64,000 nucleotides of DNA from positions 1,163 through 65,162 of the forward strand of contig NIVC01003253.1 in assembly GCA_002269645.1 (NCBI GenBank), written 5' to 3'. The translations under genes were made by a program, and so were the position numbers. Below the pieces are notes generated by a model, which did no database searches, was not told the DNA's origin, and worked only from the letters and a program-made list of their open reading frames with translations. Positions within the stretch are counted from its first letter, which is position 1. Every line of letters starts with the position of its first letter. This DNA comes from Macrostomum lignano (taxonomy: Eukaryota). Positions 48,801 through 59,478 of the stretch are shown here, in pieces.

Positions 48801-51800
48801 GTCTAACGGGTGACAACCCCTGTCTAACAGGTGACAACCCCTGTCTAACAGGTGACAACCCCTGTCTAACATGTTGCACTCCTGTCTAACAGGTGACACC
48901 CCTGTCTAACAGATGACACCCCTGTCTAACAGGTGACACTCCTGTCTAACAGGTGACACCCCTGTCTAACAGGTGACACCCCTGTCTAACAGGTGACACC
49001 CCTGTCTAACTAACTGGTGACACTCCTGTCTAACAGGTGACCAAAATGCTTTCGATTGCAGTGACAGTGACTACGGATTCAACCCGACAATTTCCGGCCA
49101 GCCTCTAATCATGGAGCGACTGCGGCTGCAGGTGTCTGTGGTGGCCATCTCAGACTACGAGCGGCTGCAGTACGACAAGGACCTGCTTAGGCGAGCGTGT
49201 GAGTTCTGGTCTCTGAGCGGCACTGCCTTTGATGACTTTCCATCCCCTATCACAGATGGCTTTGATGAGTCACTGACATCCCCATCTCAGATGCTTTGAT
49301 GAGTCACTGACATCCCCATCACAGATGCTTTGATGATTCACCGACATCCCTATCACAGATGCTTTGATGAGTCACCGACATCCCTATCACAGATGCTTTG
49401 ATGAGTCACCGACATCCCTATCACAGATGCTGTGATGAGTCACCGACATCCCTATCACAGATGCTTTGATGAGTCACCGACATCCCTATCACAGATGCTT
49501 TGATGAGTCACCGACATCCCTATCACAGATGCTTTGATGAGTCACCGACATCCCTATCACAGATGCTTTGATGAGTCACCAACATCCCTATCTCAGATGC
49601 TTTGATGAGTAACCGACATCCCTATCACAGATGCTTTGATGAGTCACCGACATACTTATCACAGGTGCTTTGATGAGTCACCGACGTTCCTACCTCAGAT
49701 GCTTTGATGAGTCACCAACATCCCTATCTCAGATGCTTTGATGAGTCACCGACATCCCTATCTCAGATGCTTTGATGAGTAACCGACATCCCTATCACAG
49801 ATGCTTTGATGAGTCACCGACATACTTATCACAGGTGCTTTGATGAGTCACCGACGTTCCTACCTCAGATGCTTTGATGAGTCACCGACATCCCTATCAC
49901 AGATGCTTTGATGAGTCACCGACATCCCTATCACAGATGCTTTGATGAGTCACCAACATCCCTATCTCAGATGCTTTGATGAGTAACCGACATCCCTATC
50001 ACAGATGCTTTGATGAGTCACCGACATACTTATCACAGGTGCTTTGATGAGTCACCGACGTTCCTACCTCAGATGCTTTGATGAGTCACCAACATCCCTA
50101 TCTCAGATGCTTTGATGAGTAACCGACATACTTATCACAGGTGCTTTGATGAGTCACCGACGTTCCTACCTCAGATGCTTTGATGAGTCACCAACATCCC
50201 TATCTCATATGCTTTTATGAGTCACCGACATCCCTATCTTTTCATAAGCAATAAGCCTACGAAGATTGACCTGCTTAGACCAGATGCACAGGCTGAAAGA
50301 AGTACACTTGGACTGGACCAGAGACGCAACACGTTTCAGTGTCCCACAAAGGGGATTAAAGGAATTCATTAGGAGCAGAAAAATCTCTCAAACGGCGGTG
50401 GCGCAATTCAGTAAGAGAAAGCGAGAGCAAAATTAGAGAATTAGTGCAAAGCGGGTTCCATTTCTACTGTAGGGGCTGAGCCTCAGCCTCATCTATCAGT
50501 CTGTCTCTACCCCCCCTTTTACGGTCTCGGGCGCATCCCATTAGCCAGTGAACCGTAGCAGCTCTGGGGTCCTCAATCGGTTTTCTCTCCTGCTCTCCCC
50601 TCCTGGCTTGGAGAGTTTCTCCCCGCTTCTCACGTTCTCGAGTTTCCCTTCGTTGATTGCCCACCGCCAACCCCCCCCCCCCCCAAGACGCTGCTCAAAG
50701 TACGCTCCTGGCGATTTTTCGCATTCTGGAAATTTCTACTTCAATCGGGAACTTCTTTCCTGCTTTTTAAAGAGAGAAGCATCTTTTGCTTTATCAACCT
50801 GCCTAAACAGGATCGAATCCACGGTTCACTGCTTCATCTTCTAGGGAAATGCGGATGGGAAATGCGAATGGGAGATGCGAATGGGAAGTGCAGATGAGAA
50901 ATGCGGATGTGAAATGGGTAGGAAATGCGGATGGGAATGCAGATGAGAAATGCAGATAGGAAATGCGGATGTGAAATGGGTAGGAAATGCGGATGGAAAA
51001 TGCGGATGTGAAATGGGTAGGAAATGCGGATGGAAAATGTGGATGGGAAATGCGGATGGGAAATGCGGATGGGATATGTGGATAGGAAATGTGGATGGGA
51101 AATGTGGATGGGAAATGTGGATGGGAAATGCGGATGGGAAATGCGGATGGGATATGTGGATAGGAAATGTGGATGGGTAATGTGGATGGGAAATGTGGAT
51201 GGGAAATGTGGATGGGAAATGTGGATGGGTAATGTGGATGGGAAATGTGGATGGGAAAAGTGGATGGGAAATGTGGATGGGAAATGCGGATGGGAAATGC
51301 GGATGGGAAATGCGGATGGGAAATGTGGATGGGAAATGTGGATGGGAAATGCGGATGGGAAATGTGGATGGGAAATGCGGATGGGAAATGCGGATGGGAT
51401 ATGTGGATGGGAAATGTGGATGGGATATGTGGATGGGAAATGTGGATGGGAAATGCGGATGGGAAATGTGGATGGGAAATGTGGATGGGAAATGCGGATG
51501 GGAAATGTGGATGGGAAATGCGGATGGGAAATGCGGATGGGATATGTGGATGGGAAATGTGGATGGGATATGTGGATGGGAAATGCTAATGGGAAATGCG
51601 GATGGAAAATGTGGATGGGAAATGCGGATGGGATATGTGGATGGGAAATGCGGATGGGAAATGTGGATGGGAAATGCGGATGGGAAATGCGGATGGGATA
51701 TGTGGATGGGAAATGTGGATGGGATATGTGGATGGGAAATGCTAATGGGAAATGCGGATGGGAAATGTGGATGGGAAATGTGGATGGGATATGTGGATGG

Positions 51801-54800
51801 GAAATGCTAATGGGAAATGCGGATGGGAAATGTGGATGGGAAATGCGGATGGGAAATGTGGATGGGAAATGCGGATGGGAAAGTGAAATTGAGACAAATT
51901 AGGATGGAATCTAAAGAAAATGTGCAGTTCCTCTAAGCTCTTTTCACAAGAGAAATAATTAAGTTTTAAATACTCTTTCTCATGAATAAACAAGCAAGAA
52001 AGAAAATGCGTTCCACCCTACTAACCGACCTATAAAACTAAGTACTGATGGTGGAGGATTTGACAATGATAAAAAATGCATTACAGCCTACCCTCTGGGC
52101 CTCATACTGGTGGAAATCGATTCAGACCTGGACACTGTCCGGTCGCACATTGACCGACTGGCAATCGTAAGTGAAGACCAGACTGCATGAAAATAATTGT
52201 AAGATAATATTTGTAAGAAAACAATTTGTTTGTATTCCATGGTTTCAGGATAACAGCATCATCACCAAGAGCGGCTCCTGCAAGTTGTCAACTAATTGGG
52301 TGTTTCTGGACTGTGAGACTGGGGATGAAGGGCTCAGTATCAGCTTATTTAGCATCAGTTTATATCATTGCTCACACAGCCAATTTCTCACACAGCCCAT
52401 TGCTCAGAGCCCATTGCTCACACAGCTCATTGCTCAGAGCCCATTGCTCACACAGCTCATTGCTCAGAGCCCATTGCTCACACAGCCCATTGCTCACATA
52501 GCCCATTTCTCACACAGCCCATTGCTCACACAGCCCATTGCTCACACAGCTCATTGCTCAGAGCCCATTGCTCACACAGCCCATTGCTCACACAGCCCAT
52601 TTCTCACACAGCCCATTGCTCACAAAGCCCATTACTCACACAGCCCATTGCTCATACAGCCCATTGCTCACACAGCCCATTGCTCACACAGCCCATTACT
52701 CACACAGCCCTTGCTCACACAGCCATTGCTCACACAGCCATTGCTCACACAGCCACTGCTCACACAGCCCATTGCTCACACAGCCCATTGCTCACACAGC
52801 CCTTTGCTCACACAGCCCATTGCTCACACAGCCCTTTGCTCACACAGCCCATTGCTCACACAGCCCTTTGCTCACACAGCCCATTGCTCACACAGCCCAT
52901 TGCTCACACAGCCCTTTGCTCACACAGCCCATTGCTCAGTGCCCATTGCTCACACAGCTCTTGCTCACACAGCCATTGTTTAGCAATTTGACGATCATTA
53001 TTCACATTTTTAATGCAGAACAATCCATTACTACAAACAATGCATTGTCTGTAGGATCGTCAAACAGAAAAACAATGCAAATAATCAGCGGTCCCAGTGC
53101 GTGACAACGATTGTCTGGCGAGCTCGCCAAGACAAATTTACGAAAATTTAGCTCGCCAGACAATCGTTGTCACGCACTGCGACCGCTGATTATTTATCCA
53201 TTGCTCCCACAGCCCATTGCTCACAAAGCCCATACCTATATACTTACCAGCGAGTTCCATTCCGCGCCCGCAGCCACAACAGCCGAGCGCTTCTTCCGCA
53301 TAGACAAGTCGCAGGAGTCGCTGCACTACATTACGGACATCAGCTCGGAGGATCTTTATCTGTTAGATCCCGAATTTGTCCTTCGAACTGGCGGCAACGA
53401 GCTCCCGACGACAGTTGATACAGCTCAGCAGCAGCAGCAGGTGGTTGATGACGATACGTCTCCGACAAAAGCAGAGTTGGAGATTTCTGCAACCGGTTTA
53501 AAAGAAACGCAGAAAGAACTCGATGATGCGGACTATCGCTGTTCCAGGTGAGGCAGCGGTCTATTGCATATTTTTGCCTGAAAAATTAATACAAAATTAT
53601 TATAAGGTAATAGCACCGGTATTATGAAAGTGAGGGGAGTGAGGGGATGAGGAAGTTAAAGAATGGGGAAGTGAAGAAATGGGGAAGTGAGGGGATGGGG
53701 GAGTGAGGGGATGGGGAAGTGAGGGTATGGAGAAGTGAGGGGATGGGGAATGAGGGGATTGGGGTGAGGTGATGGGGAATGGAGGGGATGAGAAAGTGAA
53801 GAAATGGGAAGTGAGGGGATGTGGAAGTGAGGGGATTGGGAAGTGAAGAAATGGGGAAGTGAGGGGATTGGGAAGGGAAGAAATGGGGAAGTGAGGGGAT
53901 GGGGGAGTGAGGGGATAAGGAAGTGAAGAAATGGGAAGTGAGGGGATGTGGAAGTGAGGCGATGGGAAGTGAAGAAATAGGGAAGTGAGGGGATGGGAAG
54001 TGAAGAAATCGGGAAGTGAGGGGATTGGGAAGTGAAAAAAATGGGGAAGTGAGGGGATTGGGAAGTGAAGAAATGGGGAAGTGAGGGGATTGGGAAGTGA
54101 AGAAATGGGGAAGTGAGGGGATGGGGAAGTGAGGGGATTGGGAAGTGAAGAAATGGGGAAGTGAGGGGATGTGGAAGTGAGGCGATGGGAAGTGAAGAAA
54201 TAGGGAAGTGAGGGGATGGGAAGTGAAGAAATCGGGAAGTGAGGGGATTGGGAAGTGAAAAAATGGGGAAGTGAGGGGATTGGGAAGTGAGGGGATTGGG
54301 AAGTGAAGAAATGGGGAAGTGAGGGGATTGGGAAGTGAAGAAATGGGGAAGTGAGGGGATGGGGGAGTGAGGGGATTGGGAAGTGAAGAAATGGGGAAGT
54401 GAGGGGATGGGAAGTGAAGGAATGGGGAAGTGAGGGGATGGGAAATGAAGAAATGGGGAAGTGAGGGGATGGGAAGTGAAGAAATGGGGAAGTGAGGGGA
54501 TGGGGGAGTGAGGGGATTGGGAAGTGAAGAAATGGAGAGTGAGGGGATGGGAAATGAAGAAATGGGGAAGTGAGGGATGGGGAAGTGAGGGGAAAGTGTA
54601 AAAAGGCATTGGTGAAAAAGTGAGGTGCGCACAATCGAAGGGCAGGCTAGGCTGTGCAGAAGGCATCAATTTGCTAACTAATCAAATCAGAACCAACAGG
54701 CGGCCGCCGCTGAAGCGCCGACTTCGCCGATCAGCGGCGGTCAGCAGCGTCGGTGACTCCGCGAGCATTGATTCGGTTGAGCAGCCAGCAATGTACTACT

Positions 54801-57542
54801 TGCAGTAGCATTCATTGGCTTACAAGTTTATCATCAAATTTTTTAAACTTTACCTCTTAGTTTGTGACTCGTCAGACTTGAACCAGTGTGTAACTGTTGT
54901 TGTCTTTTTATATTGCTTCCGTCTCTGTAATAACAGGAATTATAAATTCGATTGCACTATTAAAAACGTCAAGCAACGTCTCAGCTTTCGAATCACTTTC
55001 CTTGCGCTTTGTTTGCTGTGCAATACCTGTCACTTCTTTGTCATCGAACTGTAACATGTTCAATCAATCACTGCTCTACTAATTTTGCTTGTGTCAGTGA
55101 AGTTGATAAAACCAAAGCCACCAAGTGGAGAATCCTAATTCATTGCTGCATCCTTACTCGCTGAAGCAGTAGCCGCTGCCACAGAACTGCACTCGGCCAT
55201 AGACAATAAAGCTAATCAAAGCCACTGCCACAGAAAGAACAGCACTCGGGCATAGACAATAAAGCCAATCAAAGCCACTGCCACAGAACTGCACTCGGCC
55301 ATAGACAATAAAGCCTATCAAAGCCACTGCCACAGAACTGCACTCGGCCATAGACAATAAAGCCTATCAAAGCCACTGCCACAGAACTGCACTCGGCCAT
55401 AGACAATAAAGCCTATCAAAGCCACTGCCACAGAACTGCACTCGGCCATAGACAATATAGCTAATCAAAGCCACTGCCACAGAAAGAACAGCACTCGGCC
55501 ATAGACAATAAATAAAATTTCATTAAAATCATCCTGAAATTCTCTACTTTATTCTCTTTTAACCGGAGAGCAGAGCCTTGAAGAGTTTGCTTGGCCTGAA
55601 ATCTATGGGAGACTGCAGCTTAGAATTGCGAGCTGTCCGCTTGATTGATTTTATATCAGCTTAATTATAAACTTCATTGACAAGAGCAAAATAGGCGATT
55701 GGGGCATTTAGAGTGAAGTAAATTGTCAAATTTATCTAACCTGGTACTTTGACTGTGACAGATTAGCACGCTATACCTATCTCAGCTAATGTCATGTACT
55801 TTACCAAATCGCGTAACAAAATACTTAATTTTCAATTACAAAATAGCTTAGTTAACAGTAAACTTCAACAGGCACTTCAAATTCCGGATTAAAAAATCCT
55901 GCACTCCTGATGTTATTCATTCATAATAAATTTTCACAAATTCGTTCTCCGTCTGCAGCTCCGAGCCGGGCTCCCCGGACACCAGCGTCACCGTCCAGAC
56001 TGACCAGCAGCAGCCGACGACGCCGCCGTCGCCGCAGCCGCCATCTGTCGAAGTCGCTCGCCAGGCCGGCTCAATTTTGGCGTCGAGATCGGCGCTAAGC
56101 AAGGCGCTTATTGACGCCTGCAAGCGCGGCTGTCTAGACAAAATGCGCGCCTTGCGCGACAAGGGCGCTGATCTGGGCGCCGCGGACAGCGCGGGCATGA
56201 CCTGCCTGCACCATGCGACCCGCTTCGGCTACAGGGACATTGTGGCCTACCTGGTTGAGCACGGTGAGCTGGGCAGCCTCTGAGTTGGCTTTGGGGAGTA
56301 GGGTGGTGTCAGATTCTGAGCAAGGTGGCGTGAGATTCTGAGCAGGGTGGTGAGATTCTGGGTAAGGTGGTGAGATTCTGATTAGGGTGGCGTGAGATTC
56401 TGAGCAGGGTGGTGAGATTCTGAGTAGGGTGGCGTGAGATTCTGAGCAGGGTGGTGTCAGATTCTGTGTAGTGTGGTATGAGATTCTGAGTGGGTTAGAA
56501 TACGTCTATGGGTAAGTTGAGGAAGATTTTAATCTGGGTGTGGATAAGACGGAGAAATGCCATAACTAGGACAAGTGAATACCGGATGCCAATGGTTACG
56601 CTTGCAAGATAATCAACCTCCAGGCCCGCCTCAGCTGCTGGACCAGGCGGATTTAGAAAAAGGTCAGACTGCACTGCACAAGGCCAGCTGGTATCAGAGA
56701 AGACAGATCTGTCAGCTGTTGGTGCAGGCTGGGGCCAGCCTGACCGTGGTTGACTCCGCCGGGCTGACACCAAGACAGCAGGCCTGCAAGGCCGACGACA
56801 AGGACCTGGCTCAGTGGCTTGAGGGTGAGCTGTGTGTGACTGGCTCAGTGGCTTGAGAGTGAGCTGTGTGTGACTGGCTCAGTGGCTTGAGGGTGAGCTG
56901 TGTGTGACTGGCTCAGTGGCTTGAGGGTGAGCTGTGTGTGACTGGCTCAGTGGCTTGAGGGTGAGCTGTGTGTGACTGGCTCAGTGGCTTGAGGGTGAGC
57001 TGTGTGTGACTGGCTCAGTGGCTTGAGGGTGAGCTGTGTGACTGGCTCAGTGGCTTGAGGGTGAGCTGTGTGTGACTGGCTCAGTTGCTTGAGGGTGAGC
57101 TGTGTGTGACTGGCTCAGTGGCTTGAGGGTGAGCTGTGTGTGACTGGCTCAGTGGCTTGAGGGTGAGCTGTGTGTGACTGGCTCAGTGGCTTGAGGGTGA
57201 GCTGTGTGTGACTGGCTCAGTGGCTTGAGGGTGAGCTGTGTGTGACTGGCTCAGTGGCTTGAGGGTGAGCTGTGTGTGACTGGCTCAGTGGCTTGAGGGT
57301 GAGCTGTGTGTGACTGGCTCAGTGGCTTGAGGGTGAGCTGTGTGTGACTGGCTCAGTGGCTTGAGGGTGAGCTGTGTGTGACTGGCTCAGTGGCTTGAGG
57401 GTGAGCTGTGTGTGACTGGCTCAGTGGCTTGAGGGTGAGCTGTGTGCTACTGATGAGATGGTGCACCCACGCCACCATTGAACTTCCAGGCCAGGAGCAC
57501 ACTCAGCTGGTGCGAAAGGAGAACCAGGAAACGACAGTGTGA
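33204..57542 (+). CDS. DGKZ: Type IV diacylglycerol kinase (DGK zeta/iota, rdgA-like): two C1 domains, basic MARCKS-like stretch, catalytic and accessory domains, ankyrin repeats, C-terminal PDZ-binding motif
   Basis: Hand-spliced exons, all GT-AG and phase-consistent: 33204-34210, 36862-36973, 39273-39356, 39425-39499, 41871-41945, 42098-42163, 42608-42947, 43161(or 43179)-43629, 45171-45376, 45889-45944, 46322-46384, 46557-46742, 47259-47345, 48021-48133, 49062-49198, 52087-52166, 52249-52312, 53274-53547, [optional ~54691-54792], 55959-56263, 56624-56824, 57490-57542. Motifs: VDWS, GEHIW...[89 protein letters not shown]-stop. Confidence 0.95.
34199..34990 (+). repeat. 33-bp minisatellite whose unit spans the DGK exon 1 splice donor
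   Basis: Unit GGGTCCGGAGA|GTGAGTCCGGCTGTGCTGGAT(A/G); GTGAGT at 34211, 34244 and onward; about 24 units. Confidence 0.95.
37207..37614 (-). CDS. FABP: Fatty acid-binding protein, 135 aa, intronless, nested antisense in DGK intron 2
   Basis: [23 protein letters not shown] signature, [22 protein letters not shown] and C-x-R-x-Y C-terminus; intact ORF. Confidence 0.97.
   Translation of the reverse strand: MSAGGFAGKWKLVDSENFDEYMKALGVGLVMRTAGSTAKPVQEISEAGGRWTIKTTSTFKSAEISFALGEEFEETTADGRKVKSTVRLEGNKLIQEQKGDPNSTIIRELGSDGKSFVMTLEAKGVVCKRKYQKDE
38685..39160. repeat. 21-bp minisatellite (GGCACTCCTGACACCAAGTTT)n in DGK intron 2
   Basis: About 22 units, with two alternating variants (CCT/ATT). Confidence 0.97.
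39558..41152. mobile_element. hAT-like MITE with a ~1.45-kb composite CT-rich array, in DGK intron 4
   Basis: The right end AAGTTTGTCGACCCCTG (to 41152) is inverted relative to the left CTGGGGGGTCGACACAC; internal homology to 32036-32843; TSD not evident. Confidence 0.6.
42178..42410. repeat. 45-bp tandem repeat containing CCATAGAC, DGK intron 6
   Basis: Five units; CCATAGAC at 42210, 42255, 42300 and 42384. Confidence 0.9.
43658..44712. repeat. 14-bp minisatellite (CTGTCACTCTCTGA)n, DGK intron 8
   Basis: About 72 units, with 16-bp variants towards the 3' end. Confidence 0.98.
45381..45855. repeat. (CTGT)n microsatellite, DGK intron 9
   Basis: Starts 4 nt after the donor at 45377 and fills almost the whole intron. 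Confidence 0.98.
47385..47998. repeat. 20-bp minisatellite (GATCATTCAGGGAGAGTGCA)n, DGK intron 13
   Basis: About 30 near-identical units. Confidence 0.98.
48570..49040. repeat. 20/21-bp minisatellite (CCCCTGTCTAACAGGTGACA[A])n, DGK intron 14
   Basis: About 22 units, ending about 20 nt before the acceptor at 49061. Confidence 0.97.
49230..50238. repeat. 34-bp minisatellite (ATGAGTCACCGACATCCCTATCACAGATGCTTTG)n, DGK intron 15
   Basis: About 29 units; variant blocks recur every 4-6 units. Confidence 0.97.
50845..51880. repeat. 13-bp minisatellite (GATGGGAAATG[T/C]G)n, DGK intron 15
   Basis: About 78 units. Confidence 0.97.
52365..52985. repeat. 16-bp minisatellite (CACACAGCCCATTGCT)n, DGK intron 17
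   Basis: About 38 units; a stray unit recurs near 53205-53232. Confidence 0.97.
53625..54595. repeat. Purine-rich composite minisatellite (GGGGAAGTGAGGGGAT[T] / GGAAGTGAAGAAAT)n, DGK intron 18
   Basis: Units of about 15-16 bp with G3/G4 tracts on the sense strand. Confidence 0.95.
55175..55510. repeat. ~49-bp tandem repeat containing CCATAGAC
   Basis: CCATAGAC at 55197, 55299, 55348, 55397, 55446 and 55499. Confidence 0.92.
56300..56495. repeat. ~20-bp degenerate repeat (GAGATTCTGAGCAGGGTGGT)n, DGK intron 20
   Basis: About 9 units. Confidence 0.85.
56807..57446 (+). repeat. 34-bp minisatellite whose unit spans the last DGK splice donor
   Basis: Unit TGGCTCAGTGGCTTGAGG|GTGAGCTGTGTGTGAC = the last 18 nt of the exon plus the first 16 nt of the intron; about 19 units. 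Confidence 0.98.
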
Positions 57543-57829
57543 AGCAGAGATTGACACGACTGTCAGACCCTGTAAATCACTGTTACTGACCTTGCAATGA
57601 GATTAAATCGAAACGTTATGTAAAACCAAAAAACAATTTTGATTGTATGTGTTGTATGTATTTGATTGTATTTTAACAAAATATTGTCGTCCTTGTTGTG
57701 CGGACTTCAAGTTCTTGATAGTTATTAACTAAGCCTACGAATTGGGCTGCACTCAACGCCAGCCGCACAGAAGATAACCAATGCCTCCGCTGCCTCAAGC
57801 GTTCCACGCAGGGTACCACACACGAGCGC

Positions 57830-58315
57830 AAAAATGGCGCCCACTTAAATGAAGTGGCGCCCCTCGAATGAAATGGCGCCCCCTCGAATGAAATGGCGCC
57901 CCCTCGAATGAAATGGCGCCCCTCGAATGAAGTGGCAACCGCTCGAATGAAGCGGTACCCCCTCAAATGAATTGGCGCCCTCGAATGAATTGGCGCCCCC
58001 TCAAATGAAATGGCGCCCCCTCGAAAGAATTGGCGCCCCTCGAATGAAGTGGCGCCCCCTCGAATGAAGTGGCACCCCCTGAAATAAAGTGGCACCCCCT
58101 CAAATGAATGGGCGCCCCCTCGAATGAAGTGGCGCCCCCTCAAATGAATGGGCGCCCCCTCGAATGAAGTGGCACCCCCTCAAATAAAGTGGCACCCTCT
58201 CAAATGAATGGGCGCCCCCTCGAATGAAGTGGCGCCCCCTCGAATGAAATGGCACCCTCAAATGAAATGGTGCCCCTCGAATGAAATAGCGTCCCTCTCG
58301 AATGAAATGGCGCTG
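57830..58315. repeat. 20/21-bp minisatellite (CGAATGAAGTGGCGCCCCCT)n downstream of DGK
   Basis: About 23 diverged units. Confidence 0.93.
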
Positions 58316-58964
58316 GATTTCTAGTATAAAGTTAATGACATTGCACTGATGTACATTGGTGCATTTACTTTGATTGCGCCTGATTAATTAATTAAAATCC
58401 TGAAATTCGCTTAGACTTATTTTTACAACTTATAATTTATAACTTTATAAAGTTTAAAGTTATACAACATACTGTTTTTTAGTATCTATTTTTAGCGCTA
58501 CAAACTTTCACGCATTGTGGCTTCCACGGCGCAATCAACTGCGAATGATTGCCGTTAAGCTGATAATTACAGGATAGAACAGAAAGGGGTATTAGATTTG
58601 CCGCCAGCGATATATCCACTTAAATACTTAAAATACTTACTGAATTCCTACCAGACACTGGGATCTCTGGTAACAGGTCCGGCCTAAAAAGAGGCTTACC
58701 AGACAAATGTACAAAACATTACAAAATATACTAAAGTAAATGGAAAAGTTGATCATATTATTATATCAGATATAATAAGTCAATGACGCTGCACTGGATA
58801 GTGCAGAGAGTCTCAGCTGCCTGATGCGTCACGCCACCCCGGTCTTCATGCTCACTAATTCATGCAATTCGTGAAATTAGTAATGCTTCTTCAGACCAGA
58901 TTAATAGAATCGACCTTTGAAATTGAAAACATCCGAGACAGGGGACAGGGAGAAAGGTTGCATG

Positions 58965-59350
58965 ACAGGCATGAGATGGGTACCTATGGGGTATGAGGTG
59001 GGTTATCTACGGGGTATGAGGTGGGTTGCCTACGGGGTATGAGGTGGGTTGCCTACCTGACAGGCATGAGGTGGGCTACCTGACAGGCATGAGGTGGGCT
59101 ACCTGACAGGCATGAGGTGGACTACCTGACAGGCATGAGGTGGGCTACCTGACAGGCATGAGGTGGACTACCTGACAGGCATGAGGTGGGCTACCTGACA
59201 GGCATGAGGTGGGCTACCTGACAGGCATGAGGTGGACTACCTGACAGGCATGAGGTGGGCTACCTGACAGGCATGAGGTGGACTACCTGACAGGCATGAG
59301 GTGGACTACCTGACAGGCATGAGGTGGGCTACTTGAAGGACGTGGGCTAC
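58965..59350. repeat. 23-bp minisatellite (CTACCTGACAGGCATGAGGTGG[G/A])n downstream of TAF12
   Basis: About 16 units. Confidence 0.95.
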
Positions 59351-59478
59351 CTGATGGGCAGTGAATAACTATCTGAATGACGAAGCAATCTCCCTGAAGG
59401 GTCTGAGGTTCAGAACATAATAACGGCTTGAGAACAACAACAATCGCCCTGCAGCGGTAAGAAAAGCAATCCGAGCAA

